A DNA stretch of 63,353 nt, counting the filler, from Choristocarpus tenellus KU-1152 (lineage: Eukaryota > Protista > Phaeophyceae): NCBI GenBank assembly GCA_964200185.2. It is 11 parts of 11 records of this genome, joined end to end, with 100 filler letters (N's around TTAATTAATTAA, not from the genome) between each part and the next. Parts side by side here need not be neighbours in the genome. Positions count along the whole stretch, not along the records: positions 1 to 12,088 come from CAXNAD020001982.1; positions 12,189 to 15,333 come from CAXNAD020021994.1; 9 more parts are not named here. The stretch is one strand, 5' to 3'. The notes beneath the pieces are model-generated. The model saw only the letters and a program-made list of their open reading frames with translations, was not told the origin of the DNA and did no database searches. Shown here piece by piece: positions 1-13,017 of this stretch; position 1 is the first letter of the stretch; every line of letters begins with the position of its first letter. Position numbers and translations under genes: made by a program.

Positions 1-2263
1 CCCCCCAGTTACATTGGGTCTTGGTGACATGAGGTTCGATTGATATTGAACGTAGGTGAAGCTAATAATGGGCAATTTGATCCAGAATTTCGTGAGCAAA
101 AGAAAGATAAAAAATCTGTGTGTGGGTGATGAGATACACAGTACATACAGTAGTAGTGGTAGTGGTGGTGGTATAATTAATAGTTGTATAATATCGTAAT
201 AGGGGGTGTTTTTTTCACGTTACTGCATGCCATAAACAATCCAAACTATGGTATGTGGTAGTGTTAATAGTGGTCAACTTCGATATTTGAAGGTTCTCCA
301 CAAGGAAGACATAATATTTTTATGACCATAACTCTGCTCTTGTATTCTTTCTCGTATCGGACAAAAAGAATACGATGTGAAGGACGAGGGTAACAGACAT
401 AATATATGGTGATGTGCTAACCCATTTCTAACTTTGTTAGAATTTAGGTAAGATTGGATAATTGGATTTCATTAAGCAGTATATGATCTAAAGCTGTTAT
501 TACTGCTGGTGTTTGACATTGTTGGAATGGGGTAGAAATTGCACATTGTTGGGAAAAACAGTCAGATTCTGTGGTTTTACATGAGGAGGCATATACTACT
601 GTCTTGTCAGAGAGAGTCTGATAAGTACTATTCGTAGTGACAGCAGGAGACTCGAGAAATACAACATCTACTACTGTTCTCGAGGTAGCAGTGATGAATT
701 TGGAAGTATTTAGCGCATAAGGCATGAACAACAAAGAGGGGATCGAAAATATGGTGCATTCTGCTCTTAGCAAACACTGGATAATATGCATCCCTGCTTA
801 GGACTGGTCTTCCAGGTCTTGTTATCATTGATGTTTGGGTCACTAAAGAATTGGAGCGTTGAAGTGGTTCTTTTTCATGGAGGTTCATTATTTCTTCGAT
901 TCTCTATACGGGTGGTCATCTCTCCATTCACCTCTTTGTCCACATCCTCCTCCTTCTCTTCATCATTCTCTTGTACATCCTCCTCAAATCCAACACTCAA
1001 AATTGCCATCCCTCAGTCCGAAGGAAAGCAGATATGTCCTTCTCCCCATGATCACTCCACATACATCCTGGTCAATCATCTCCAGCTTCAACTTCTTCAT
1101 CCGAGGAAATTTGGGAGGTTCACTCAAGGTTAGCAACTTGGCCTCTCCATTGTTCCCCTTTCGCGCATTCGACCCCTTGTCCAAGTTCTTGCCGATGTTT
1201 CGCTTCCACTATAGCTGGAAGATCACTATCCTCCATCGACTATATATACTACTCCTACACATTCTTGTTCGTATTCTACAACAATAACCCTACAGGTTCC
1301 AATGTCTCTGGAAGACTTTGAAGGACCAAAGTGATCTATATTAAGCCACATACGCGATCCACAAGTATCTTTCAGAAGTCCCGAATATGTGGGTATGGTG
1401 CCATTTTTCTCAGGCTGAACGTTGTGATTCAAGTTCTGATTTTCGATTTCGAGAGCAGGGAGGAACAAGCTTTTGTGGGAATGTAGGGTTGGAACATGAG
1501 TGCCACTAGCCAACAGGATTGGTGTGAGTGTGTGCCCGAATGGCATTCCAAGGAAACAGTGATAGCTAGTGTAGATCACACCAAAGCAGCAACTAACTTC
1601 ACTATCTGCTGTTTTCTTTTTGGGCTGATTTTCCATGTTAGCATCCTTTCTTCACTTCCTTCTCTTCCCCTTGTGTTTTGGGTTATGATGTTTTTCTTCT
1701 CTCGATTGTATTGTTCCTTTTCTCTTTTCTCCCACTGCTTTGTATTTCTTTTATGGTCCTAGTTGCCTTTTATCAAGCAGCATGTTTTGCCTTCTTTGGA
1801 CTACCTTTTCGAGCATGGGTCTAGGATCCCTCAGACTGATGTGATGCTTAACAATAATAATAATAACAAAGGTTGCCATATCTGACATTTAAAAAAAGGT
1901 CAGATTTCCGCACTTTCTGAATTCTTATAAATTGGGCAATATAGTGTGCATGGTGTATTGAATTGACCCTGTAGAAAAGGCATTATGGCACAGAATCAGG
2001 AGCCACACCATTTGCATACTTGGTTTCGTTGCATAGTTTCGAGATATATCACATCTTCCGCTGGGTAATACAGTTGAAGATTTATCTCAAATATGGTGCA
2101 GTACCTGATTACGGGTGGAAGGAGGCAGAGTACTAGCCAAGAGTCTCCAATTTACACTCATGTGTTATGTATAATGCTTGTTCAGAAGAGAGTAGGAAAT
2201 CTGCATATTTAGCACAACTAGGGAATTGTCGCTATTCTTTGACAAAAGAACACCCACACACCA

Positions 2264-4530
2264 TTATGTACCAACTATGCGATCTGCTACAGACTGCACC
2301 TCCCCACTACTCCACATACTCGCCACATGACTGTCTTCAAGGGTCAGCAGTAGGTCGACATTGTTGGCAATTTCCTGGGCTGTCACACTTGGATCAATAA
2401 CTGACAAGGACTTCTTGGGGATGTGGAGCTGCTGCTCCTCTACCCAGGACAGCAAGTCCTCCCCTCGGGCGTTTGGATCTTCCAGCAAGCTCTTTGCTGC
2501 TATTGCCAGTGCTGTTAAGTTTCCGGTTTGCAAGTTGCACAGGAGAGGAATGGTGGTATCAGTAGAAGTCGCACTAAGGCTGTTGTTAGGATTAACCTCA
2601 AAATGCTGTCTTGCAGCACAAGCCCAGAAGAACTGAGACAGGAGTACATTGAATCTCTCATGAATTACCTCGAGCTATGGCTTCCGAATCTGTTGCACTT
2701 GTACCTCTCACTGTCTTGTCAAGTAAGATCTCCACCACATGTGGGAAGATCAATGCACAGATCTCAGGATAGTAGTGGCGGCAGAGCAAGGAGCCTGTTG
2801 CTCGTGTGAAAAGCTGGACAGTGCAGGAGGAGGGGGTAATGGGGTTCAAGGAGGATGATGTTGTGTGAAGGCATTCCATGCTTAGCTGTGAGTGTTGGTG
2901 AGCATTCTCAGTTGCACTGACATCAGCTGTAATCTAGCATCTTGCAACTACCTGAAATGCTCTTCCACCACTGAGCCCAAACCTTGACCCCTCGTACCTG
3001 AAAAGCAAGTGTGGGTGTAATGGATGAAAGCCTCCCCGCACACACACTAGCAAGAGCAAGATTTTGTCTTGCACAGGTATCATTTTGGTTGCTCAGAGCT
3101 TTTGCAATTCCTTTCCCAACACTGGCAGCACCACTTTCACCCAGGTCTTTCAGTGGGTTGCTTTCCTCCGCTCCAATTCGCCCCCCAGCACCCAGTGACC
3201 ACACTATGAGGGAATCCAAGCATGTCGACAATGCAGTTATTGCCATAGCTGCTGTCTGAGTACTGCTGAGTGTTGTGCTTAAAAGAGGGTCCACAAGAAC
3301 CACCTGGGAATAAAGTGTTCAATCTGCAGGTTTCATGCGGGCTGCGCCAACTAAACAAACCATTTCATTCACACGATTGACATTTTTCTCTCATACACAG
3401 ATTCATTAATCTGTACAGCATTAGTCTGGTCATGGAAGCACAACGGGAAAAATTATATCTATTTGTGCCATACTTACTGAAGGGACCTTCGGCACTCCCT
3501 CCTCCGCAGCAGTCAAGGGAACCAAGAGTTCATCATCAGGATGCCAAACAAGGCATCTTTCACTAGCAGCAGCACCTGCACCTACGGAGGTAGGCACTGC
3601 AATGATTGGAAGGGATCCCATACTAGGAACCCTACTTCCAGTCCGTTCACCCTGTGACGCGACCTTTGCACTTGGGCTCACCAGGAAATTCTTGCAGGAC
3701 CCTCTGAGAATGGAGGACCACCGCGAAACATTGAGAAGTAATTTCTTTAGCGATTTTCTGCTGTCCTACAATTCCTATAGAAATGGTGCACGCGCAGAAG
3801 GTCAGACATGGACGTAAAATGTGTTCACCTGCTACCATGAAGCACAGACGCGGCCTTGGCGGTGTCGATGATGCCACCGTTCCCAATACCCACAATCGAC
3901 GAGGCCCCAATCCTCCTGACCATTGCTCTGGCCTCATCAATTCCGTCGGCAGTGGGGTAGGGTCCTCTTGCAGTAAATGACACACAATTTACACCTGCCT
4001 GGTAGCAAGGGTTTCAGAAGACTCCACCAGTCGGCACACGACGATTATGTCGGCTATGTAAAGATGCTCGAGACCACTAGTAAGACATCACTAGAGCGCT
4101 GAAGTCATGATTAGTGGCATGCGAGTCGTGAGTGGGTTTCATGACATCGTTGTTACCTTTCGTAGTTCAAATAGAGACCGTTGCGCCTGACTCTTAGCTC
4201 TTTCACTATCTCCAACAACAGCTACGCACATAGTCCCATGCTTTGACACCTCGCCACCGATCTACCGATAGGAACAGGAGACCCTGGTTAGTCTTAGGAA
4301 GTCAACCTCATGGATGGATAGAGGAGGTGTCTTGAGGAGTATAGACTATTTCCAATCCAAACATGTCCAAACGAAACCATTTTCTATACCTTATCCCATG
4401 AGCAGGTCGCCTCAACTACTGGGGCACTATAGGTTGATGCTTGCAAGGACAGATATCTCCTCAAGGGATACGATGGCCTGGGTAGAAAATACCGCCACCG
4501 CACCCAGGACATTAAGCTCATGGTGCTCAT
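2264..4530 (-). CDS. Iron-containing alcohol dehydrogenase (Fe-ADH) fold protein, about 446 aa, probably mitochondrial, metal ligands absent
   Basis: Seven phase-consistent GT-AG exons: 4530-4390, 4261-4157, 3998-3829, 3703-3478, 3303-2998, 2813-2669, 2511-2264. Family motifs PYPTADGI, IVGIGNGGIIDTAKAAS, LPIIAVPTSVGAG, VLVDPLLSTTL, ARQNLALASVCAG. Arg/Ser-rich N-terminus with no acidic residues up to ...LRRYLS. Confidence 0.85.
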
Positions 4531-4690
4531 CTTGTCGACATCAATGTTTTGAGATTAGTCCATGAAATTGGATGTGAAAGGGAGTTGTTTTAGACTTGGT
4601 TGGCCTGTTGATTTAGGTTGATGGGAGTTGTATTATTTCACAAGGGTGTGAAACATAAGTACAAGAGGAATCGAAGGCAATAGTTGAGAG

Positions 4691-5559
4691 ATGATTAGTG
4701 CGTTCTTTCATGAGGGCCAGGCCAATGAAAAGGCTGGAATGAGGAAAAGAATGGAGAAGTACGGTGGGGATAAAAAGGCTGGAGAAGTTGTGAACTTGGG
4801 AGAGGACAATACCCCAGGCATTTTGACCAAGAAAATAGTTCGACCAGGAAATGGTGAACTCCCCAACATTGGGCACAAGGTACTGCTGAGAAATTATTTC
4901 CAGCTGACGATCTACCTTGACTTCCTCGAACTTTTTGTCTCTCCAAATCTCCATTACCTATGTAATGACTTTACAATTTTCATTCTGTTCCTCTTCTTAC
5001 ACGGGACGAAGGTGTTTGTACACTACACTGGAATGCTAGAAGACGGAACAGAGTTCGATACCAGCGCCGGACGAGGTGAGGATGGATAACAATGATTTTT
5101 TGTGTGCCACACTCCTTCCTGACGTCCTTGGCAGCAAGAAGCAAGTCTAGCACAACACCATCGTAAAGCATATTAAAGTAATAATCGGTTTCCCCCTATT
5201 TCCCTCTTGCAGGTCCCCTGTCGTTCTTGCTGGCGAAAGGAGAGGTCATTCGTGGTTGGGATTATGCCGTGTCCACTATGCAGAAGGGGGAGAGAGTCAT
5301 CCTAACGATAGGTCCGGAGTATGCCTACGGTCCCGCTGGTTCGGGTCCCATTCCTGCAAACGCCACACTTACATTCGAGATGGAGCTCGTGCGGTGGGAG
5401 GAGCCCCCCTTGGTGGAAATATACCATTGGATCGGACTGTTGGTGGTATTTTGTATCATTTTCTACGTTCTGTTCATTGATGATGAGGAAGACAGGTTGA
5501 GAAAAGCCGGCCTAATGATTGGTGATGAAATCGTAAAAAATTCTGGAGATGAGCTATGA
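4691..5559 (+). CDS. FKBP-type peptidyl-prolyl cis-trans isomerase with C-terminal transmembrane helix
   Basis: Exons 4691-4879, 5012-5075, 5213-5559 join in phase to give VFVHYTGMLEDGTEFDTS..VIRGWDYAVSTMQKGER..PEYAYG..IPANATLTFEMEL, then hydrophobic WIGLLVVFCIIFYVLFI. Ends SGDEL*. Start codon choice uncertain. Confidence 0.93.
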
Positions 5560-6946
5560 ACAATAATTGGGTGGTTTTTCTTGTGGGCCATATGATTGGC
5601 ACCTCTCTCCACCTTTCCAGATATGGGGTTGGGAGATAGATTTGTTTGTGCGTTTATGTGGGCCTCGCGAATCGTTGAAGATGGGTAGCAAAGCATAAAT
5701 ATTCTTGCCCTTGATCATTCTGGATTGGGGTATCTACATGGAGAAAGTGTATATCAAGATAGGTAGTACAGGTTTATTTAAATCTGTAAATATCTCATAT
5801 CAGGATTGTGTTACATTTAGTATTTTTGGAGGACCTGTGCTTACCTACATACCTGTATTTCCTCTCACAGCAATTTTGGCGTGGGTAGATGAACAGTACA
5901 GTATACGAAAACTTATCTGTGAAGATGGAAAATGAAGCAGATATGATGTCTTGTATGCTCCACTATTCCGCCAGTCTCTGATTTGTGCACAAAAATGATG
6001 GTTAAGGGGTAATGGTAATTCGTCCAGCTAGATTGCAGGGAGGTAGATACATGGTACTAAGTTTCTCATGTTTCTGTCATAATTGTCCCATGTTGCAGTT
6101 GTTGTACGGTGTTTTTGTGTACTTCTCATGGAATGACCTTTTACAGTGTACTTTAAGAATGACTTGAATAGTGTGTTGAGGAAGAAACTCTTTTTTGCAT
6201 CAAGTAGTGTCCCGCTTCAATTTCTGGTGTTGAACCTTCGTCATTTATGTATGATACTTCTTTTGTAGTTGGCCACTGGTTGGGTGATTTTTGCAGTGTT
6301 CTTTTATTGTGCAGTGCTTGGCCTTTATACTCTGAGACCAAAACCGGAGAAATGATGAAAATGTGGTGATGTGTTGCTATCCGTACTCTGTCTTTCACCT
6401 TGATCATGTTACTCTAAGCAATAGTAGTGACCTGAGACACATCTTACTCCCAAGTGTGCAAATCGTATTGTTGGAGAGACATTTGTGTGACCAGGGTAGC
6501 TGATGAACTTCATACTGCTCCAAGTTGTTCCAAGATGATGGTCCTGTAAGCACCAACTCCAACTGATATATTTTCACACAGAAATGAGGGCAATGAGTTT
6601 TATTGGACACAGCGCAGGGGTGAATGCTACCGCATTCAATGTGACAACAATGTTGCCACTTTTGCCAGTCATTGGAAAGGTGGGAAATATGTTGTGTCTC
6701 GTTATACATTAATGGTGATGGTTGGATTTTACGACCATTGTCTCTAAATAATGCATCAATTTGTCACTGAGAGCTGCAAACCATGAGATCAAAACAAGGC
6801 GATTGGGCTGGAATGCTGATAGTGCCATTGTGTCATGTTGACCTAGTATTTTTGGCGGGGATAAAATCAACATTGGAGGTACAGACACTCAAACTTCACC
6901 AGAAACCCAACTTGGAGTATCACAAAAGATGTCACGTAATCCGTAA

Positions 6947-8481
6947 TTAACCTGGTAGACAGGGTGTACCCAGTCTTCCTGGACCCTCTGCTCCCTCTAA
7001 ATCTGGTTCAGCCCCCATATCACAACTAGATGCAATGTCTAGGCTCTCTCCACCAGCTCCACCTTCTGACACCTTGTGTCCAGCAGTACGTGCCTCCCCG
7101 TTGTATAGATGTTCATCATATCTAATACTTCTTACCTCTGAATCCAAAAGTGCCTCTACTACGTTTGAGGTAGGAATTTTGGAGGATGTGTTCAGTATCA
7201 TTTGCTGAATCATCCCAGTATTGCCTGACTTCCCTGTCTCAGTCACATCCCGAACTACCTGCCTCTCTGGGGATGTGTCTATGGTCGATGTAGTGTTTGC
7301 AGGGGCAACAGTGGGGGCCAACAAGCTAGCGGGGGCACTTGGTATGCTCCTCATACCAGCCTGGTTGGAGGAGAAATCTTCGACATCACTGGTAACTTCA
7401 ACATTATCATCTCTCCCACTCCTATTGCCCTGATCGTCTCTATTCCCATCCCCAGCAGAACCCCCTACACCTGCCTCGCTGATGGGCAATACTCTGTTTG
7501 TCGATACAGTAGCATTTGACTGTGCAGCCACTGTTGTGTCCTTCTTCCGCTTGAGCCTCTCCAGTGCCAGTCTTCGGTTTTTCTCCATGCGATCGCGGAC
7601 TTCTGGCGACTGCAAGTTTATGTAAGGCAATGTATGTGAGGCAGCAGCAGAGAGGTCTTTCGCAGAGTCTCCCTCGCCATTCCTTTGTTGCACAGCTTCA
7701 TCAACCAACATGTTCTGGGTTGCCACGTAATCTTCAGCCCCTTCTGTTGAGTATCGATGATTAACCGAGTCCTTCCCCTGTTTCTTTTCTGTACGGATAA
7801 CTTCTTTAGAGGCCGTCTTGGCGGCCTCAAATGCTCGCACGTTATTGACAGCTGCTGGACCCAAATTAGACGCAAGATATCGGTCTCGCTCCTTCTCGCG
7901 CAGGTCTCCCATGAGCTGGCGTACACGTGCCTTCCCTCCCAGTTTCTCAATGCGACTGGTTAGGTCTTCAAAAGCAAGGCTGGGGTTCAGCTGGTACCCC
8001 CATTCCTTGTAGTTGAACATCAACCCACGAAGAAACTCGGCCTGCGGCATGATGTTCACGAGTAATGGGAGGTGGAGTTGTGAAGATTGAGTGAATCCAC
8101 CCACTTCATGGCTCTACACACCCCACAATGAGCAAATGCATACTAAATGTTTACAAAGAAAATAATGCATGTATGAGAGTGTTGAAAAAGGCCTGGATTT
8201 ACCTCATGACCCCAGCCCTTATATTTGCACTTGGAGGGGAAATCCTGGTATATCTTAAGCAGACCCTTTTCAGACACAAGATTGGAATCCGAGAACGGAG
8301 GAGCCTTGTTTCTCTTCTGCTTTTTCTTCGATGGTTCCTCTACTTCCTCAATCGCAACACTGGGACCTCCTTGTATTGAATTTACGCCAGCACCGTTGCT
8401 CCTACCGCCTACAATGTCCTCGTCGTCCTCATCCCCTCCATCAATAGGTTTTTGTGGGTCCTCCACCTCAGATTCGGACAT
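6947..8481 (-). CDS. TIPIN: TIMELESS-interacting protein / Swi3 / Csm3 replication fork protection component
   Basis: Exons 8481-8203 and 8041-6947. Swi3 signature KGWGHE|AEFLRGLMFNYKEWGYQLNPSLAFEDLTSRIEKLG, plus an RPA32-binding-like motif EVRDRMEKNRRLALERLKRK. Confidence 0.88.
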
Positions 8482-9122
8482 ATGAGACTCTTCACTACAG
8501 TCAACACTCTTTTGAACTCACACCTTCTTTCCTGAACAGATTTGAAAATGTGTGTAGTACGCCTCCCCAAACTATTGAACGCCATCCTTAATCCAATTGA
8601 TTTCTTGGTGATCCCCACCCATCAGCGTTCGCAGAGATATGTTGTGGTCCCTCGAGAGTGTAACGGTCTTTCTGTATTGAAGTCCTGTAAAGGATAGAGA
8701 GGTAGTGCAGAGAGGAGTATTTTCTGTAGGTTGATTGTTTCTTCCATAATGTACTCTACCGCAACAGGGTGAGTTCAGGAACCCGCGTGTTTCGTTCCAG
8801 TGACTTGCGATTGCGCTTGATTCTCCCTCCCGAGAATGTGTGTGAGGAGATGAAGCATCAGTATGGGTATCTATTTTCCAGGTGGAAATAGAAGAGAGGA
8901 CAATCCTTTTCATTGCTTTTCATTGCCACCAATTGCTACTTCGCGACGTTGCCACGAAAAGCTCCAAGTTATAGTTTTACAGGACCCAGCATCGGCACTA
9001 TTTTCTGACATTTTCTTCATCCCTCGTTCAGAGACTGCTTTTCGTCACTCGAATTCCGAACGAATATCGCAATCCTTATTCCGCACAATCGCAGGAACGG
9101 CAACGCAGGGTTCCCCCACCAA

Positions 9123-11180
9123 TATGGTCAACACGAGCTTGGTGGTAGAGGTATACCCACTTGTTTTCAAACTTTTTCGGATTTCCTTTGGAAGGCGTGG
9201 GGTACATCCTTCGGCATGCAGTTCCCACAGGGGTTTACTTGGACTTACTGGGTGGCTTGTTCTTGAGGTTGAGACCCTCATTGTCTTTGTGGTCACTGTC
9301 AGCGAGCAGAACTTAGATTGCCTTTTTCTGTCGCATTTTCCCTTATTTTCAGGCCGGAAGAATGCTCAAGAAGAGAGCAACTATATCGAGGGCAATCTTT
9401 TCGGAAGTACCAAGGTGACTTCATAAGCAGTATATATCATTCATGCGGACTTCAGACGAAATTGCTACGGTGTACCGACCTTCTCTATCCCCGTTCCCTC
9501 CCCATTCTATACTTCCTTCCCTCGCACAACTCCGTTTTTTTCGTATCACCAGATGACGACGTGACTGGACACCCATCCTCTTTAATTTCTCAATCATTCG
9601 TATGATGCTTGCCTCCCACAGACTCAAGGCCGTTTTGGTAATGTGGACCCGACAACAAGGCAGCCCTCGTCAATCAGTTCTCGCACCCCATACTACGGAG
9701 GAGGTACCAACACATACAGAAGTGGAGGTTATGGGGATCCACAGCCTCCTCCCCAGCAGACCCCATTCGCGCCACAGAATGGTGTGTGCAGTGGATCCCA
9801 TGACTCTGCAGCGGCTGCTGCAGGTTTTGGCAAATGGGGTGATAGGGTTTCTGCTAGCAACACTTACACGTACACCAACGAATTAGATCAATCAGGAATG
9901 CGGTCGGGGGCTGATGCGTGGCCCATGGAGGGAAGTGGTGGAGGTGGTGGAGCAGGTACAGCGCCCCTTCTTCTTGGGAACGGAGGAAGCGCCAATGGGG
10001 CTGGTATTGGTGTTGGAGGGTTGAGTGCTGAAGACGAAGGCAATGATATGCCAACTGTATCACTAACGGAATTGGAAATGATGGGAGCAAGCTCTGCGCT
10101 TTCTAGCCAGGACAATGGAACAGGAACTCAGGGTCTACGGCAACGGCGGGGGGGAGGGGGTCAGGAGGGTTATGGCAGGACCCGCCCAACACAGGAGCAA
10201 CGCCTGGCACAAGACTTGTCACATTCAACGTGGGTAGTGGTCTGGGGGGTTCCTGAGGGTGCAGCAAATGATGTTCTGCTCATGTTTCAGCGGTTTGGGG
10301 ATATCCTGGAGCAAAGAGGAGCACCAGGAAGTAATTGGCTCTATCTCAGGTGAAAAATGACTTGGCGAGATTTTCGATTGAAGGAAGATATTTCAGTTTC
10401 AGCATTTTTTTCATTTTCACACAAAGTATGTTGGACAAATTATGTTGGATGATTTTTCCATATAGGTTATCTCTTCTTGGAAACAAACCTTTCAACGAAT
10501 TGTTGGCCCCTGCTGGTCTCTGGCTACACTGGATGACTAACCTGTTGATCTCCAACCTCCCATCTCTTGGCAAGGTTTGCGACCAGGCTTCAGGCGGAGA
10601 AGGCTCTTTGTGCTGGGCATGGCTCACGCCTTTCAGAAAGAGTTATGCTAGGGGTGCAGGAGGTGGACAGGAAGGTGGGTTTCGGGGAAGGATGGTAAAG
10701 CATGACGCAAAGATCTATTCAAACATTTGCAGACTTAGTGATAACTTATCATGGACGCATGCATGACTTCCTTCCTGTGAGTCATCATCTATTCGTCTCA
10801 GGAACTTCCCATGCTGGAGGTGCGAAACAACTTTGCCCTGAAGCTGCGATACAAGTGGCCTACTTGTGGCAGTGTTATTCTATTTCATTATTTCATGCTG
10901 AGGATGCTGCCCCATCTGTTGTTTAGACCCCCCCTGATTTGGCACGAAGTGATGACCGCGTAATAAAGCCTATGTTCTTGTCATATTCCAACCGTACCCT
11001 TCCTCCCCTGTTCTCCCCATGCCCCTTTCATGACTTTGAGCAGACATTGGATGACTTGATGGAGGATCGCATCCCCTTATGTGCAGGCTCAATACCGCCT
11101 ACTTTACAAGGCGAGACATCCCGGCGTCAGTCAACCGTCACCATTCCAGAGAATGACCACCTCCATCTCTTGACTGGGTA
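9123..11180 (+). CDS. NUP35: Nucleoporin Nup35/Nup53 (RRM-like MPPN domain); 5' and 3' ends uncertain
   Basis: Exon 9622-10349 spliced to about 10574-10674 gives WVVVWGVPEGAANDVLLMFQRFGDILEQ..SNWLYLRFATRLQAEKAL...VMLGV, matching the Nup35 RRM. Further candidate exons at about 9353-9414 and 11044-11177. Confidence 0.82.
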
Positions 11181-12088
11181 AGGATGGCACATGATTGATT
11201 CGTAGGAAAAAAAAGAGCTCGTTGGCACAAAATTTGTACTTGATGTTTCCAATCTTTCCTTCCCTTGTCGTCTTGCAAACAAATTTAGCGGTCACTGTGA
11301 ACTCTGCCCTCCTATCAACCTGCTGCCTGCCCTCCCAGACCCGTGATTACCCTTGCATCATGTGCGCTTTCCACCAACCTATACATAAGAAAATACAATC
11401 AGTACATGGTGCATCCGATCTTGCAGCGAAGGGAGGTCACTCTTTTTTGTGGAGCTCTGTATTGCTTGCCTACTCGTTCTGTATTGAAGCGCCTAGCAGC
11501 ATACATTCGTCTCTTTTTCTGTTTGAGGAAAGGTTCCTCCTCGTGAAAAGAACCTTAAAGACAGGTATAGCTGTCTGCCCCTAGAAGTAAAGCTGTTTGA
11601 TAGATGAGACTGCTGTCATCAGAACAGAATGCACACAAAGAAGACTGAGCGTGCATATACGTGTGAGGTTAAAGGACCACTCGCAGTCGTTCAAAATTTT
11701 ATGTCCATTTTTCTTCGGTGGAAATTTGTCAAATTTTATGTCCAGCCTATATTCTCGACCACTGTGTTGGTTCTGTTGGCACTGAACGACCATACCTACC
11801 TACCGGTACACACTGAGGCACACATTTTGTTGGGGTGTCGCACTTGAGTTGTGCATCTGGTCAGCGTCTCCAAAAAAACACAGTGGTCTGCTTCTACAAA
11901 AGCAGTTGCTGGGGCGGTGAAAATCGCCCTGCTTTGCTTTGCAGTAAGCATGAGGGTGAGACCAACGCATGAACATATTATGAGAATATGCAGCGGGTTG
12001 ACCAACCTATTGGCGCTGCCACCCCCCTTCCCCTCCCCCTACACTCCCAACCCATTTTAATGTATCTCAGGAGGCGTGCCACCATTAA

Positions 12089-12188
12089 NNNNNNNNNNNN
12101 NNNNNNNNNNNNNNNNNNNNNNNNNNNNNNNNTTAATTAATTAANNNNNNNNNNNNNNNNNNNNNNNNNNNNNNNNNNNNNNNNNNNN
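12089..12188. other. Artificial contig linker (44N-TTAATTAATTAA-44N). Identical linkers at 15334-15433, 18814-18913, 26146-26245, 29041-29140, 32535-32634, 41123-41222, 48773-48872, 56161-56260, 60504-60603
   Basis: The same 100-bp construct with an all-frame stop cassette occurs ten times. Confidence 0.98.
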
Positions 12189-13017
12189 CCCCCCCCAAGA
12201 TACTTTGATCCATTTCATTCTGTGGGGCTATCGTCCAATTCGGTGCCGTTCTCGCTCAGCGAGCCTAGATGTTTCGTGGCACAAACTTACAGCACAGAGG
12301 TAGTATGGGTTCTTCATCTCTGTGGGATCACAAAACCAGAGACGATTACAAATCTACTCCATTTCTACGTTATTATTGCTTCAATCTACTCTTGTACAAT
12401 ACTTGATGCGAATCATTGCTTCAACTATCGCGATGATAACCCTTGCCACCACATTTAATACAGATTTCCTCCGCTCAGTTTTTTGGTGTAATGGCAAACA
12501 GTAGAGGATACAGACAGGTGGTGCAATGTTCTGTTGTGCTATTGTGCTCACCACTAGCGATATGCATCTATGCAAGATCTCTCTCACAAAACTATTATGT
12601 TGACTGGATTTGAACCCGAGCATTCCTTCAACAAAGAACGACAACGACAAGAATTCAAAACCATTTTTATAAAAGTGTTTTATTGGTGGAGGTCAAAATC
12701 GGTTTCAGTTTAGTTTTGGTAGAGGTTTCATGCGAAAACAATTCAGGGGGTAGGGCTTCTGAAGAGGTGTCGAATCAGAGCTGGTTTCTGCCGACGGGGA
12801 CTAATGGCGATAGAGTTAGTTATCTCTGCTGCAGCAGCCTGCACTAGTAGCAGAACCTTGTCTGTCTTTTGCTGAAGTTGGAAGTCACCAAGGCAGCTAT
12901 TTAAATCACCTTCAGAGCTTTTCACGACAGCTTAACTGTTGCTTGGTTTCAGAGCACTCACAAAGAACTGGATCGCCCTTTGCATACCACCCCCCTTGTG
13001 GGGCAGCCAACATAGCA

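Noticed and set aside
300-2060. Broken minus-strand ORFs and a transposon-end-like tract
   Set aside because: Probably a decayed TE, but no diagnostic motif or paired TIR was found.
3647-3985. 112-aa ORF from the track as the coding frame
   Set aside because: The Fe-ADH motif GIGNGGIIDTAK lies in a different frame with consistent splice phases.
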